Origin: an uncultured bacterium
Lineage (GTDB): Bacteria; Oederibacteriota; JAJYGY01; DAIDJD01
Length of the DNA: 55,614 nucleotides
NCBI GenBank assembly: GCA_964521965.1
Contig: CAZFUM010000001.1
Span: 1 to 55,614 of the forward strand
Reading direction: 5' to 3'
The position numbers were made by a program, and so were the translations under genes. Positions 9,176 to 17,435 of the stretch are shown here, in pieces; the first letter of the stretch is position 1; every line of letters begins with the position of its first letter. A model generated the notes under the pieces. It did no database searches. It saw only the letters and a program-made list of their open reading frames with translations, and was not told where the DNA came from.

Positions 9176-10765
9176 ATGGGCAAATTATTGAGACATGATA
9201 TTGAAATTCTAGACACCACATTGCGGGATGGTTCCCAAGGTGAGGATGTTAGCTTCTCGGTGGATGATAAGCTGTCTATAGCTCGCCTACTTGACGACCT
9301 CGGCGTGCGTTTCATTGAGGGCGGCTGGCCTGCACCTGGCAACGCCAAGGACCAAGCATTCTTTCACCGTGCCCGCCGCCTCAAATTCAAAAACTCGCAA
9401 TTAGTGGCTTTTGGGTCGACCTGCCGGGTCAAAGCTAAAGCCGCATCCGATCCATTCCTCAAAGCTCTACTCATGGCTGAGACCAAGACAATCTGCATCT
9501 TTGGCAAGAGCTCAGACTTGCATGTTAAAAATGTACTACGTACTAGTTTAGATGAAAACTTACGCATGATTCATGATTCGGTTGCCTTCTTCAAACAAGC
9601 CAAACGCACTCTGATTTACGATGCGGAACATTTTTTTGATGGCTATAAACGCAACCCATCCTATGCTCTGAAATCCTTACAGGCAGCTTTTGACGCTGGC
9701 GCAGACCGCCTCGTCCTTTGTGATACCAATGGCGGCTGCCTGCCGTGGGAAATAGAACGCATGACCCGTGACGTAACAAAATCTTTCCCTGATTCGGTTA
9801 TCGGCATTCATGCGCATAATGACGGCGATTTAGCCGTGGCCAACAGCCTCTCGGCTGTAGCCCAAGGTGCACGCCATGTACAGGGAACCATGAATGGCCT
9901 AGGGGAACGTTGTGGAAATGCCAACCTAGTATCTATTATTCCAGACCTAACCTTTAAAATGGGCTTGAGCGCCGTACCTGCAGGCTCGCTAAGCCGCTTA
10001 ACTGCCTTGGCGCGCGAAGTAGCGAGCATTGCTAACTTACCCTTGGGCGATCACCAGCCTTTTGCAGGAGCTTCAGCTTTTGCACACAAAGCGGGCGTAC
10101 ATATTGATGCCATGCTCAAAGATCCACGATCCTATGAGCACCTAGAACCTGAAAAGGTAGGGAATGAACGACGCTTGCTGGCGTCTGAACAGGCTGGCAA
10201 AGCTACCATGCTTGCCAAAGCAAAACATTATGGGATACGGCTCAACCATGGTATTGAAAGTGCTCGCGAAATCATCGCCAAGATCAAAGAACTTGAAGTT
10301 CAGGGCTATCAGTTCGAAGGAGCCGACGCATCGCTCGAGCTGATGATGCGGCGCCATCTCGGACAGGCAAAACCCTATTTTAGATTAGAAAGCTATCACG
10401 TCAGCGTCGAACATCATGACGGTCTCGACCCTGCCGAAGCGACCATCAAGTTGGTGGTCAGAGGCAAAGAACAACACACCGTGGCCGAGGGAAATGGCCC
10501 TGTCAATGCGTTAGACCAGGCTCTGCGCAACGCCCTCATCCCTTTTTATCCTTCGCTTAAAAAAACTCAGCTTGTTGACTATAAAGTCAGGGTGCTCAAA
10601 TCGAGTGGAGGTACCGCTGGCAAAGTTCGTGTGCTTATTCAGACGAGCGATGGAAAAACAACCTGGAACACGATGGGTGTTCACGAAAACATCATTGAAG
10701 CTTCTTGGGAAGCCTTAGTAGATTCTGTTGAACATAAATTGCACCGTGAGCGAGTTAAGCCTTGA
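9176..10765 (+). CDS. cimA: (R)-citramalate synthase (LeuA/CimA family, long form with LeuA-dimer regulatory domain)
   Basis: ILDTTLRDGSQGEDVSFSVDDKL...IEGGWPAPGN, DAEHFFDGYKRNPSYAL, LCDTNGG, HAHND, and C-terminal GNGPVNALDQALRNAL...DYKVRVL. The whole protein closely parallels the characterised Geobacter-type CimA as I remember it. Confidence 0.85.
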   Translation: MGKLLRHDIEILDTTLRDGSQGEDVSFSVDDKLSIARLLDDLGVRFIEGGWPAPGNAKDQAFFHRARRLKFKNSQLVAFGSTCRVKAKAASDPFLKALLMAETKTICIFGKSSDLHVKNVLRTSLDENLRMIHDSVAFFKQAKRTLIYDAEHFFDGYKRNPSYALKSLQAAFDAGADRLVLCDTNGGCLPWEIERMTRDVTKSFPDSVIGIHAHNDGDLAVANSLSAVAQGARHVQGTMNGLGERCGNANLVSIIPDLTFKMGLSAVPAGSLSRLTALAREVASIANLPLGDHQPFAGASAFAHKAGVHIDAMLKDPRSYEHLEPEKVGNERRLLASEQAGKATMLAKAKHYGIRLNHGIESAREIIAKIKELEVQGYQFEGADASLELMMRRHLGQAKPYFRLESYHVSVEHHDGLDPAEATIKLVVRGKEQHTVAEGNGPVNALDQALRNALIPFYPSLKKTQLVDYKVRVLKSSGGTAGKVRVLIQTSDGKTTWNTMGVHENIIEASWEALVDSVEHKLHRERVKP

Positions 10766-11595
10766 GGCGCAATGCCCCCATCGGCATCTTTGATTCGGGG
10801 GTCGGCGGGCTCACCGTGGCTCGCGAAATTATGCGCCAGCTTCCCGGCGAACGCGTTATCTATTTTGGCGACACGGCCCGCGCGCCTTATGGCAATAAGA
10901 GTCCCCGTGCTTTAATCCGATATGCCCTGGAAAGCGCACGTTTTCTTTCGAAGCAAGGCGTTAAATTCTTGGTCGTTGCCTGCAATTCATCCTCTGCCTA
11001 TAGCCTGCCCACATTACGCAGGCACTTCAAAAAGCTTCCTCTCTTAGGGGTTATTGATGCTGGCGCACAGGCTGCCATCCACGCATCGCGTGGTGAGAAA
11101 CTAGGTGTCATAGGCACCTTGGCCACGATTCGCTCAGGCGCCTATCTAAAAGCTTTACGTGCGCTTTCGCCCAAGGCTAATCCCTTGCTTTTGGCCTGCC
11201 CGCTTTTTGTGCCCTTAGTTGAAGAAGGATGGCTTAATTCTCCCGTCACACGCCAAGTAGCCCAACGTTACTTACTGCCCATGAAACGCAAGAAAGTTGA
11301 AACTCTTGTACTGGGATGCACGCATTACCCGCTCTTAAAACAGGTTATTAGCCGCGTCATGGGTTCGCAGGTCCGATTGGTTGACTCTGCCAAAGAAACC
11401 GCCCACCAAGTGGCCATTATTTTGCGCGAACTAGGGCTCGAGTCAAAAAAACGCAAACTTGCTTTTCGGCAACATTGTTTTTATGTCTCGGATCTTCCTG
11501 AACAATTCACGATTGTTGGCCAACGCTTTTTGGGGCAAGCCTTGCGCCAGGTGAAGCAAGTGGTTCCAATGCCTTGGACCGGACCTTTGACGTGA
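10762..11595 (+). CDS. murI: Glutamate racemase
   Basis: TTG start overlaps the cimA stop (TTGA). IGIFDSGVGGLTV, VVACNSSS and LGCTHYPLL include both catalytic Cys motifs. Confidence 0.95.
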   Translation: MRRNAPIGIFDSGVGGLTVAREIMRQLPGERVIYFGDTARAPYGNKSPRALIRYALESARFLSKQGVKFLVVACNSSSAYSLPTLRRHFKKLPLLGVIDAGAQAAIHASRGEKLGVIGTLATIRSGAYLKALRALSPKANPLLLACPLFVPLVEEGWLNSPVTRQVAQRYLLPMKRKKVETLVLGCTHYPLLKQVISRVMGSQVRLVDSAKETAHQVAIILRELGLESKKRKLAFRQHCFYVSDLPEQFTIVGQRFLGQALRQVKQVVPMPWTGPLT

Positions 11596-12167
11596 GCCTG
11601 CTAAGCCCTCTCAAAACTAAATGGATATCAAAAATGACGGGCTATGATGGTTCGCCACTTTCATCTCAATGGGCCTACCGCCGTTTTGGCATACTTGGCG
11701 ATAGCTTGCTAGCCTTCCGAGGACCCTGTCACGTAGAAGTCGCTGATTTAGCAGACCTTGAAGATTTTCGAAGCGGCGCCTACATTGAGTCGCGAGACAT
11801 GCTCCACTTTATTGCTGAGCATTTCGACGCTAACTTGGGCGAAGGCATACTTCGACAGTATCTACTCGTGAATCTACTTATGGATGAGATCAATGCTCGC
11901 CAGAAAAAGGTTCGCATTCGGCGGAATGGTAATGACCTTTGGGCGGGCCAACGCAAACTGAGTGTTTCGATCGCAGCCCCCACCACGGTGTCAGTTAAGA
12001 TTCATGTGGGAGTAAACATTTCTTCAAAGGGAACACCCGTACCCACTCTTGGTCTAAGCGATCTTAAGATTGCCCCGTTGGTCCTGGCCCGAGCCGTACT
12101 CAAACGTTGCGCTGCCGATGCCAAGGCTCTTGCTAAAGCTCAGGTTAAAGTGAGAGCCTATCCCTAA
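11592..12167 (+). CDS. Conserved hypothetical protein (possibly DUF366-like; family assignment from memory only)
   Basis: The ORF is open from 11574. GTG 11592 overlaps the murI stop (GTGA), and ATG 11634 is an alternative start. Motif YDGSPLSSQWAYRRFGILGDSLLAFRGPC. No TM segment or signal peptide. Confidence 0.55.
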   Translation: MSLLSPLKTKWISKMTGYDGSPLSSQWAYRRFGILGDSLLAFRGPCHVEVADLADLEDFRSGAYIESRDMLHFIAEHFDANLGEGILRQYLLVNLLMDEINARQKKVRIRRNGNDLWAGQRKLSVSIAAPTTVSVKIHVGVNISSKGTPVPTLGLSDLKIAPLVLARAVLKRCAADAKALAKAQVKVRAYP

Positions 12168-12186
12168 TTTCGCATATCAAATTCAT

Positions 12187-12225
12187 AAAAAAAGACCCCT
12201 GCTTTACAGCCGGGGTCTTTTTTTT
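12187..12225. terminator. Bidirectional rho-independent terminator between convergent operons
   Basis: aaaaaaa-gacccc (12194-12199) / ggggtc (12212-12217)-tttttttt. The A-run and T-run allow function on both strands. Confidence 0.75.
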
Positions 12226-12240
12226 GAATGCGATTTCGAT

Positions 12241-13629
12241 TTAAGATTTAATTCGCGCCATCAAGCTATCAATTTGACTAACGAAAAGGCCATTATTTTC
12301 CATGACTTCTTTGACCTTTTCAATTGCGTGTATCACGGTGCTGTGATTCTTACCGCCGAAAGCCTCACCGATTTCAGTCAAAGAAGCATTTGTGAGCTCA
12401 CGAGCAATATACATAGCCGCTTGCCGCGCCAGCACAACATTGGCAGTGCGAGTGCGACCACGCAAGTCATTCAGTTTGATATTAAAATGGGTAGCAGCCT
12501 CGTTCTGAATCAAATCCATGCTGACTACACGTGTTTCAGCCTGCAGTACATCATGCAGCACCTGGCGCGAAAGATCGAGATTCAGTTCTTGCTTGGTCAA
12601 TGAAGCAAATGCGGCCACGCGATTCAAGGAACCTTCCATGTCGCGAATATTGCTGCGCATGGATTCAGCCAGCAATAAGATCACATCGTTGGGTACCTGC
12701 AGGCTTTCGATTTCACATTTCTTCTTTAAAATGGCAATTCGAGTTTCAAGATCAGGGGGTTGAATATCCACCGTCAGACCCCATTCAAAACGCGAACGCA
12801 ACTTATCAAAAACCTGAATGTCGCGCGGATGGCTGTCTGAGGTGGCCACGATCTGCTTACTATTTTCAAATAGAGCATTAAACGTATTCAAGAATTCTTG
12901 CTGCATCGAGTCTTTACGTTCCATGAACTGAATATCATCTACGAGCAAAACATCAGTATCACGGAAGGCCATACGAAACTCGTCCATGCGATTCGACCGC
13001 AGGCAACGCACCATTTCATTAAGAAATATCTCAGACGAGACGTACAAGACTCTTAACTCGGGGCGATGGGCCCGAATAAAATTACCAATAGCATGCAGCA
13101 GATGGGTCTTACCCAAGCCGACCTTGCCATAAATAAAGAGGGGGTTGTATGAGAGGCTGGGGGTTTCACCCACAGCCATCGAAGCTGCGCAGGCAAAACG
13201 GTTGCTATTTCCGATGATAAAATTCTCGAATTTATAGCGACTATTAAGGGGTATGCCCTTAAGAATTTCGGCCGAAGGCTGGTAGGCGTCCCTTTGGTCA
13301 GGGCGGGGATTCCGATTAGCAGGGGCACTCGGAGCTTCCAGAGGTGCCTGGCTCAGATTAGTTTCCCAACGTTTACGGCTGCCCTCATCCACCAGGATCC
13401 TAAATTCCACAGGCTTGCCAGCAATTTTGGCTAGACTGTCATGAATTGAAGGTAGGTAGTGAGTTTGCACCCATTCAAGTATAAATTGGCTGGGTACCAG
13501 TATTTGAAGGATTTCGCCTTCCCACTGTGCCGAACTAGGGGCAAACCAAGTGTCGAAAGACGACGAATCGATCTTTGATGCCAAAACGTCAAGCGTTTGG
13601 CGCCAAAGGGTTTCTTTGACCAGGTTCAA
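12241..13629 (-). CDS. dnaA: Chromosomal replication initiator protein DnaA
   Basis: TTG start with GAGG 7 nt upstream. Walker A GKVGLGKTHLLHAIG, Walker B LLVDDIQF, and C-terminal DNA-binding helix AMYIARELTNASLTEIGEAFGGKNHSTVIHA. Confidence 0.95.
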   Translation of the reverse strand: MNLVKETLWRQTLDVLASKIDSSSFDTWFAPSSAQWEGEILQILVPSQFILEWVQTHYLPSIHDSLAKIAGKPVEFRILVDEGSRKRWETNLSQAPLEAPSAPANRNPRPDQRDAYQPSAEILKGIPLNSRYKFENFIIGNSNRFACAASMAVGETPSLSYNPLFIYGKVGLGKTHLLHAIGNFIRAHRPELRVLYVSSEIFLNEMVRCLRSNRMDEFRMAFRDTDVLLVDDIQFMERKDSMQQEFLNTFNALFENSKQIVATSDSHPRDIQVFDKLRSRFEWGLTVDIQPPDLETRIAILKKKCEIESLQVPNDVILLLAESMRSNIRDMEGSLNRVAAFASLTKQELNLDLSRQVLHDVLQAETRVVSMDLIQNEAATHFNIKLNDLRGRTRTANVVLARQAAMYIARELTNASLTEIGEAFGGKNHSTVIHAIEKVKEVMENNGLFVSQIDSLMARIKS

Positions 13630-13740
13630 GTCGATGCCTCGGGAGCTTGGACGAAAAGTTACGTCAAAGCGATCAGGGCTGTATTATAGTGCCCGGCCTA
13701 AAAAAGGCAACGTCAAAAATCATTTTTCTGTCTAAGGCAA

Positions 13741-14292
13741 ATGAGCGCCCGCACACCTGAGATCGATCTACACCCACAAGCTATGCCTGGCCAGGGCCCT
13801 GAACAGGCCCTGGCAGCTTGCCGCCATTTTCTTGAAACGACGCATGCGGCAGGGCATGCCGAAGTGCGTATTATCACCGGTTTAGGCCTTCATGGCGATG
13901 GCACGCCCCGCCTGCGCCTGCGCGTTGAAAGGGAAGTGCTGAGCGCCATGGCAATGCGCATCATTGCCACCCACTATGAGCAGAATGGCGCTGTCATCCG
14001 TGTTGAGTTCAATAAGACTGCAGCAAAGCCTAGCGCCCGCCATTTGCGGGCCCTCAAACAGCAAGCGACATTGCATCAGCGCATTCAGCTCGAAGAGCGC
14101 CTACTCGTAGCCTGGGACCGTTTAGATGCCGCCTGGGAAGCTCTTGATCATGGCGATCTGAGACGTGCAAAATTAAAGGCCAATCAGTTAATGAGAGAAT
14201 TTTTTACCGCTAGGCCAGCGCTAACTGAAGATCAGGACGCACTCGAGATCTTCTTGAAAGATATTGAAAAAAAACTCCACGAGGGGGATTAG
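13741..14292 (+). CDS. Smr (small MutS-related) domain protein with a helical C-terminal extension
   Basis: IDLHPQ...ALAACRHFLE...GHAEVRIITGLGLHGDG...LRLRVEREV fits the Smr domain pattern. It is divergent from dnaA. Confidence 0.7.
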   Translation: MSARTPEIDLHPQAMPGQGPEQALAACRHFLETTHAAGHAEVRIITGLGLHGDGTPRLRLRVEREVLSAMAMRIIATHYEQNGAVIRVEFNKTAAKPSARHLRALKQQATLHQRIQLEERLLVAWDRLDAAWEALDHGDLRRAKLKANQLMREFFTARPALTEDQDALEIFLKDIEKKLHEGD

Positions 14293-14293
14293 T

Positions 14294-16354
14294 ATGAAGG
14301 TTTCACATTTTTGGATTAGAGCCCTTCCTGTACTGGCGCTATCGCTAGCTCAGCTTGGACAAAGCCATGCCGTCACCCCGGCCTGGGGCCGTTTTCATCT
14401 GGTAGCGGGTGGCGGTGATCCTGATTTTCGTGACGCGGCGTATGTTGACGCTGCGTTGAATTCACCGACGGCCTCCGCGGTGAGTCAAGATGGCAAGTGG
14501 ATCTACGTAGCCGATTTGGCCAATCATGCTATTCGACGAATTGACGTGGCCCAAGGTTGCAAGGTTGAAACTTTGGCTGGCGGACCTTTGAGCGAAGCTT
14601 GCAAAAGCCCCATGTCGCTGGCCCTGGTTTCTGAGCAGAACATGCTTGTCCTTGCCGCAGGCAAAAAACCTGTATTGATGAGATTGAACGCGAATGGCGG
14701 AAGCCCCAGCGAATGGAAACTTGATGGGAAAGAAGTTCCCTGCGAAGCGGTTGCTGCACATCCTTTGAGGCCCTGGGTCTATGGACTTGATCCGCTTAGT
14801 GGCTCGGTCTATTTCGGGGACCTCGGCAAGAATAGCTTGGTGAAAATCGGCGAGTTTGTTGAATTTAAGCCGGGCCCCGGCCAGGCTCCGCCTGCACCTG
14901 GCCAATGGCAATTGGCGGCCACTGACACTGAGCTCTACGCCCTTGACCGCTACCGTGGCCGACTCTGGCGCCTCTTGCGCGATCAAGGCCCCCTTGTCGG
15001 CAATCCGCGCGAAGACTTCCCCCTCAACGGCACCCTGAAAGCCGAGGGCTTGCAGAGCTGGGGCGAAGCCAGTGTTCGTGGACTTTGCGCAGTTCGTGTT
15101 GAACGTGAGCGCCCATTTTGGGAGATTTGGGTTTGGGATGAATCCAAGCCCGCATTCTGGGTCTATGATCCTCAAACCCTTAAGACCCGTGAAATGTACC
15201 TGCGCACTGCGCAGGGCAACTTTATCAAGCCAAGCGACCCTGCGCCACGCTGGCCCAGAGATACCTACGACATCACCGATGCGACTTATCGGCCCGCGCT
15301 GAAAGGCCCTCTAGGTATCGTGAGTGACCATGCCCGCGGCCTGCTCTATATCGCCGAAAGCAAAGGCAATCGCATGCTGGGACTGCAGCGTCCTGAATGG
15401 ACAGCCGTGAGCCTCACCGAACTTGATGATTACTATCACTATCAACGTATACCAGGGGTTAAGCGCATCTTATTGGTGGGTGACTCCATGGTTCTCTCGG
15501 ATGATTTAGGCGCCAAAGATGAAGCCCGAATCGAAACCGGGTTTGGAAAGAAACTTGAGTTCTACCTCAATCTTTTTTCATCCTTAAAGGGGAAGAACCA
15601 ACGATATCAAGTCCTACAGAAGTCAATGGCGTTGGGCGCCATGGGGGGAGGCGTCAGTGCATATTTAGCGAGCCTGCCTATACCCCAGAACGGAACCGAA
15701 TTTGACGAAGCCATCACTCTGCTCACTTACATGAATGTGAACCTAGAACTACTTTCAATGATACGGACCAAATCGCCCGATGATGTGCCCGGCGCTTTAG
15801 TAGATCCAGCCTACTGGGGCCAGACAACAGACGAACTTCGCGAGAACATGGGACCATTACGGCGCAGCTTCATGGATTGGCTTCGCAAGAATCCAAAAGA
15901 CTATGAAGCCTACCTTCGCACTGATGAAACCGCCTCGCGACTCGACACACCCCAAAGTCCTTTCGCCTTTGACTTATTACAAAAACCCACGTACCAAGCC
16001 TGGGTGTCAAAGGCGCATCAAAAAGTGGTGAAACGCTGCGTTGAAAACATGAAGAAGCGAAAAGCAGGGTATATTCAAATACTGCTGCCGATGCGCAACC
16101 AGCTGGCTCCTGGTGAAAATATCAAAGGAGGCTACAGTTTCAGCGACACGACCCAAGCGCCATGGTTCGACGCTGAGCTTGCCAAGATCGCCAAAGAAGA
16201 AGGCGTACCCTTTATCAGTTTGACTGATGCCATGCGCTCGCTTGAACCAAACGTATTTCCTTTGGTCGGCTACAATACGCACCATTACCGTACACAGGGA
16301 ATTGAATGGGCGGCCTTGATTACGGCCTGGACATATATCGAAAGACAGCTTTGA
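14294..16354 (+). CDS. Secreted NHL-repeat beta-propeller protein fused to a C-terminal SGNH/GDSL-like (AlgX/AlgJ-like) hydrolase/acyltransferase domain
   Basis: ATG 14294 follows GAGGGGGA, 1 nt after the Smr stop. Signal peptide MKVSHFWIRALPVLALSLAQLGQSHA. NHL-like units (GKWIYVADLANHAIRRID; RGLLYIAESKGNRMLGL). SGNH block I ILLVGDSMVLS and a distal ...YNTHHYRTQG. Confidence 0.8.
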   Translation: MKVSHFWIRALPVLALSLAQLGQSHAVTPAWGRFHLVAGGGDPDFRDAAYVDAALNSPTASAVSQDGKWIYVADLANHAIRRIDVAQGCKVETLAGGPLSEACKSPMSLALVSEQNMLVLAAGKKPVLMRLNANGGSPSEWKLDGKEVPCEAVAAHPLRPWVYGLDPLSGSVYFGDLGKNSLVKIGEFVEFKPGPGQAPPAPGQWQLAATDTELYALDRYRGRLWRLLRDQGPLVGNPREDFPLNGTLKAEGLQSWGEASVRGLCAVRVERERPFWEIWVWDESKPAFWVYDPQTLKTREMYLRTAQGNFIKPSDPAPRWPRDTYDITDATYRPALKGPLGIVSDHARGLLYIAESKGNRMLGLQRPEWTAVSLTELDDYYHYQRIPGVKRILLVGDSMVLSDDLGAKDEARIETGFGKKLEFYLNLFSSLKGKNQRYQVLQKSMALGAMGGGVSAYLASLPIPQNGTEFDEAITLLTYMNVNLELLSMIRTKSPDDVPGALVDPAYWGQTTDELRENMGPLRRSFMDWLRKNPKDYEAYLRTDETASRLDTPQSPFAFDLLQKPTYQAWVSKAHQKVVKRCVENMKKRKAGYIQILLPMRNQLAPGENIKGGYSFSDTTQAPWFDAELAKIAKEEGVPFISLTDAMRSLEPNVFPLVGYNTHHYRTQGIEWAALITAWTYIERQL

Positions 16355-17328
16355 AGCACGCTGCCCGGGCATTTTGCATCTGCCTGCTCACAGCTGAAAT
16401 CGGGCTACGCTTGGCAAGCTCTAGCTTCTGGCAAGAATGGGGCAGGGCAGAACTTGTGGGCGCATCCAGTTTGACAGATTATGTCACTGCCGTACGCATA
16501 GCAGTTCCAAGCCAAACTCACGTTTGGCTTTTTGGTGACAGTGTGCTTTACGGTAGTGCCCTGCTCGAGCACCACACGCCCCATTGGCGCGAGAAGACAG
16601 TTGGCAGCTATTTAAGGCGACAGGATTCTCAACGAAACTGGAGTGAAATATCAGCCGAAGGCTTGCTGATTCCTGATTTGAGGGCGATTGTTCAAATAGC
16701 GCAACCTGCAGCTCGTGATACGCTCATCATAGAACTTAACTACCGAATGTTCAGCGCTGACGCAGGCCAAATTGAGAATTCTTATTCACGCAATTTTCTA
16801 GCGCCTGCATATCAATCAGATTGGGAAGAGAATCTTGCTGCCTATTCAGCCTATTATCGGTACGCCCAAATTGCCCGATATCTTTTTTGGCAACCATCAC
16901 GCGAGACACGCGTGGCCCAATGGCTGCGTTTCGGCAAGGCTCTTGGCACAGGGCCCGCTGTAGACGACGAGCTCAGAGCCAATCTGTTAGCGATGAAAAT
17001 CTCACCCTATTATTCTGCGCCGGCTCTGGCGCCCCAGCATGCAGGTCTAGCCGCACTGAATGCCTGGTTGCCTGAATTGCTCCAACAAAAAGGCAGGGTA
17101 CTGGTCTTCCTCACCCCACAAAATTGGGACTTAATCGGCGAGTATACCGATGAAAAGGCTTATGCCAAAAACCGAAAAATCCTGAAAAATTTGCCTTGGC
17201 CCAAGAATGTAATCTATGTGGATTGGGCTGACAGAAAACCCAGTCAAGGACGTTTCTTAGATCATTGCCATCTAGACGAAGTCGGTAATCAGGAGCTGGC
17301 GACATGGCTGCTCAAGGAGCTGCCATGA
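16306..17328 (+). CDS. Membrane-anchored SGNH-family protein (DltD/AlgJ/PatB-like O-acyltransferase/esterase)
   Basis: SGNH block I VWLFGDSVLYGS and block V FLDHCHLDEVGNQELA. N-terminal hydrophobic segment AFCICLLTAEIGL. ATG 16306 has an AGGGA SD. TTG 16351, which overlaps the upstream stop, is an alternative start. Confidence 0.75.
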   Translation: MGGLDYGLDIYRKTALKHAARAFCICLLTAEIGLRLASSSFWQEWGRAELVGASSLTDYVTAVRIAVPSQTHVWLFGDSVLYGSALLEHHTPHWREKTVGSYLRRQDSQRNWSEISAEGLLIPDLRAIVQIAQPAARDTLIIELNYRMFSADAGQIENSYSRNFLAPAYQSDWEENLAAYSAYYRYAQIARYLFWQPSRETRVAQWLRFGKALGTGPAVDDELRANLLAMKISPYYSAPALAPQHAGLAALNAWLPELLQQKGRVLVFLTPQNWDLIGEYTDEKAYAKNRKILKNLPWPKNVIYVDWADRKPSQGRFLDHCHLDEVGNQELATWLLKELP

Positions 17329-17435
17329 AGTGGCGCAATTGGCTCATAGGTGTGGCGGCATTCTTGCTGCTGACAGCGCTATTGGTCTGGGGCGCTGGCT
17401 TTGCCGCTTCTAAATTCATATACGTGGACTTTTAG
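17325..17435 (+). CDS. DltX-like 36-aa single-pass membrane peptide (not in the ORF track)
   Basis: AAGGAG lies 5 nt upstream. The ATG overlaps the upstream TGA (ATGA), and its TAG abuts the ATG of the MBOAT gene. Translation is MKWRNWLIGVAAFLLLTALLVWGAGFAASKFIYVDF*. Confidence 0.6.
   Translation: MKWRNWLIGVAAFLLLTALLVWGAGFAASKFIYVDF

Noticed and set aside
13661-13717. The direct repeat ACGTCAAA at 13661-13668 and 13710-13717 in the dnaA/smr divergent region, considered as possible DnaA boxes or an operator
   Set aside because: It does not resemble the TTATCCACA consensus. A single 8-mer repeat in about 110 bp is close to chance expectation. It is kept only as context for the dnaA finding.
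14462-15175. A 237-aa ORF antisense to the NHL-SGNH gene, plus smaller ones at 14529-14759 and 14856-15302
   Set aside because: It lies wholly inside a well-supported sense gene and has no SD or recognisable motif. Its composition (Arg/Ala/Gly-rich) is typical of antisense frames in GC-balanced coding DNA.
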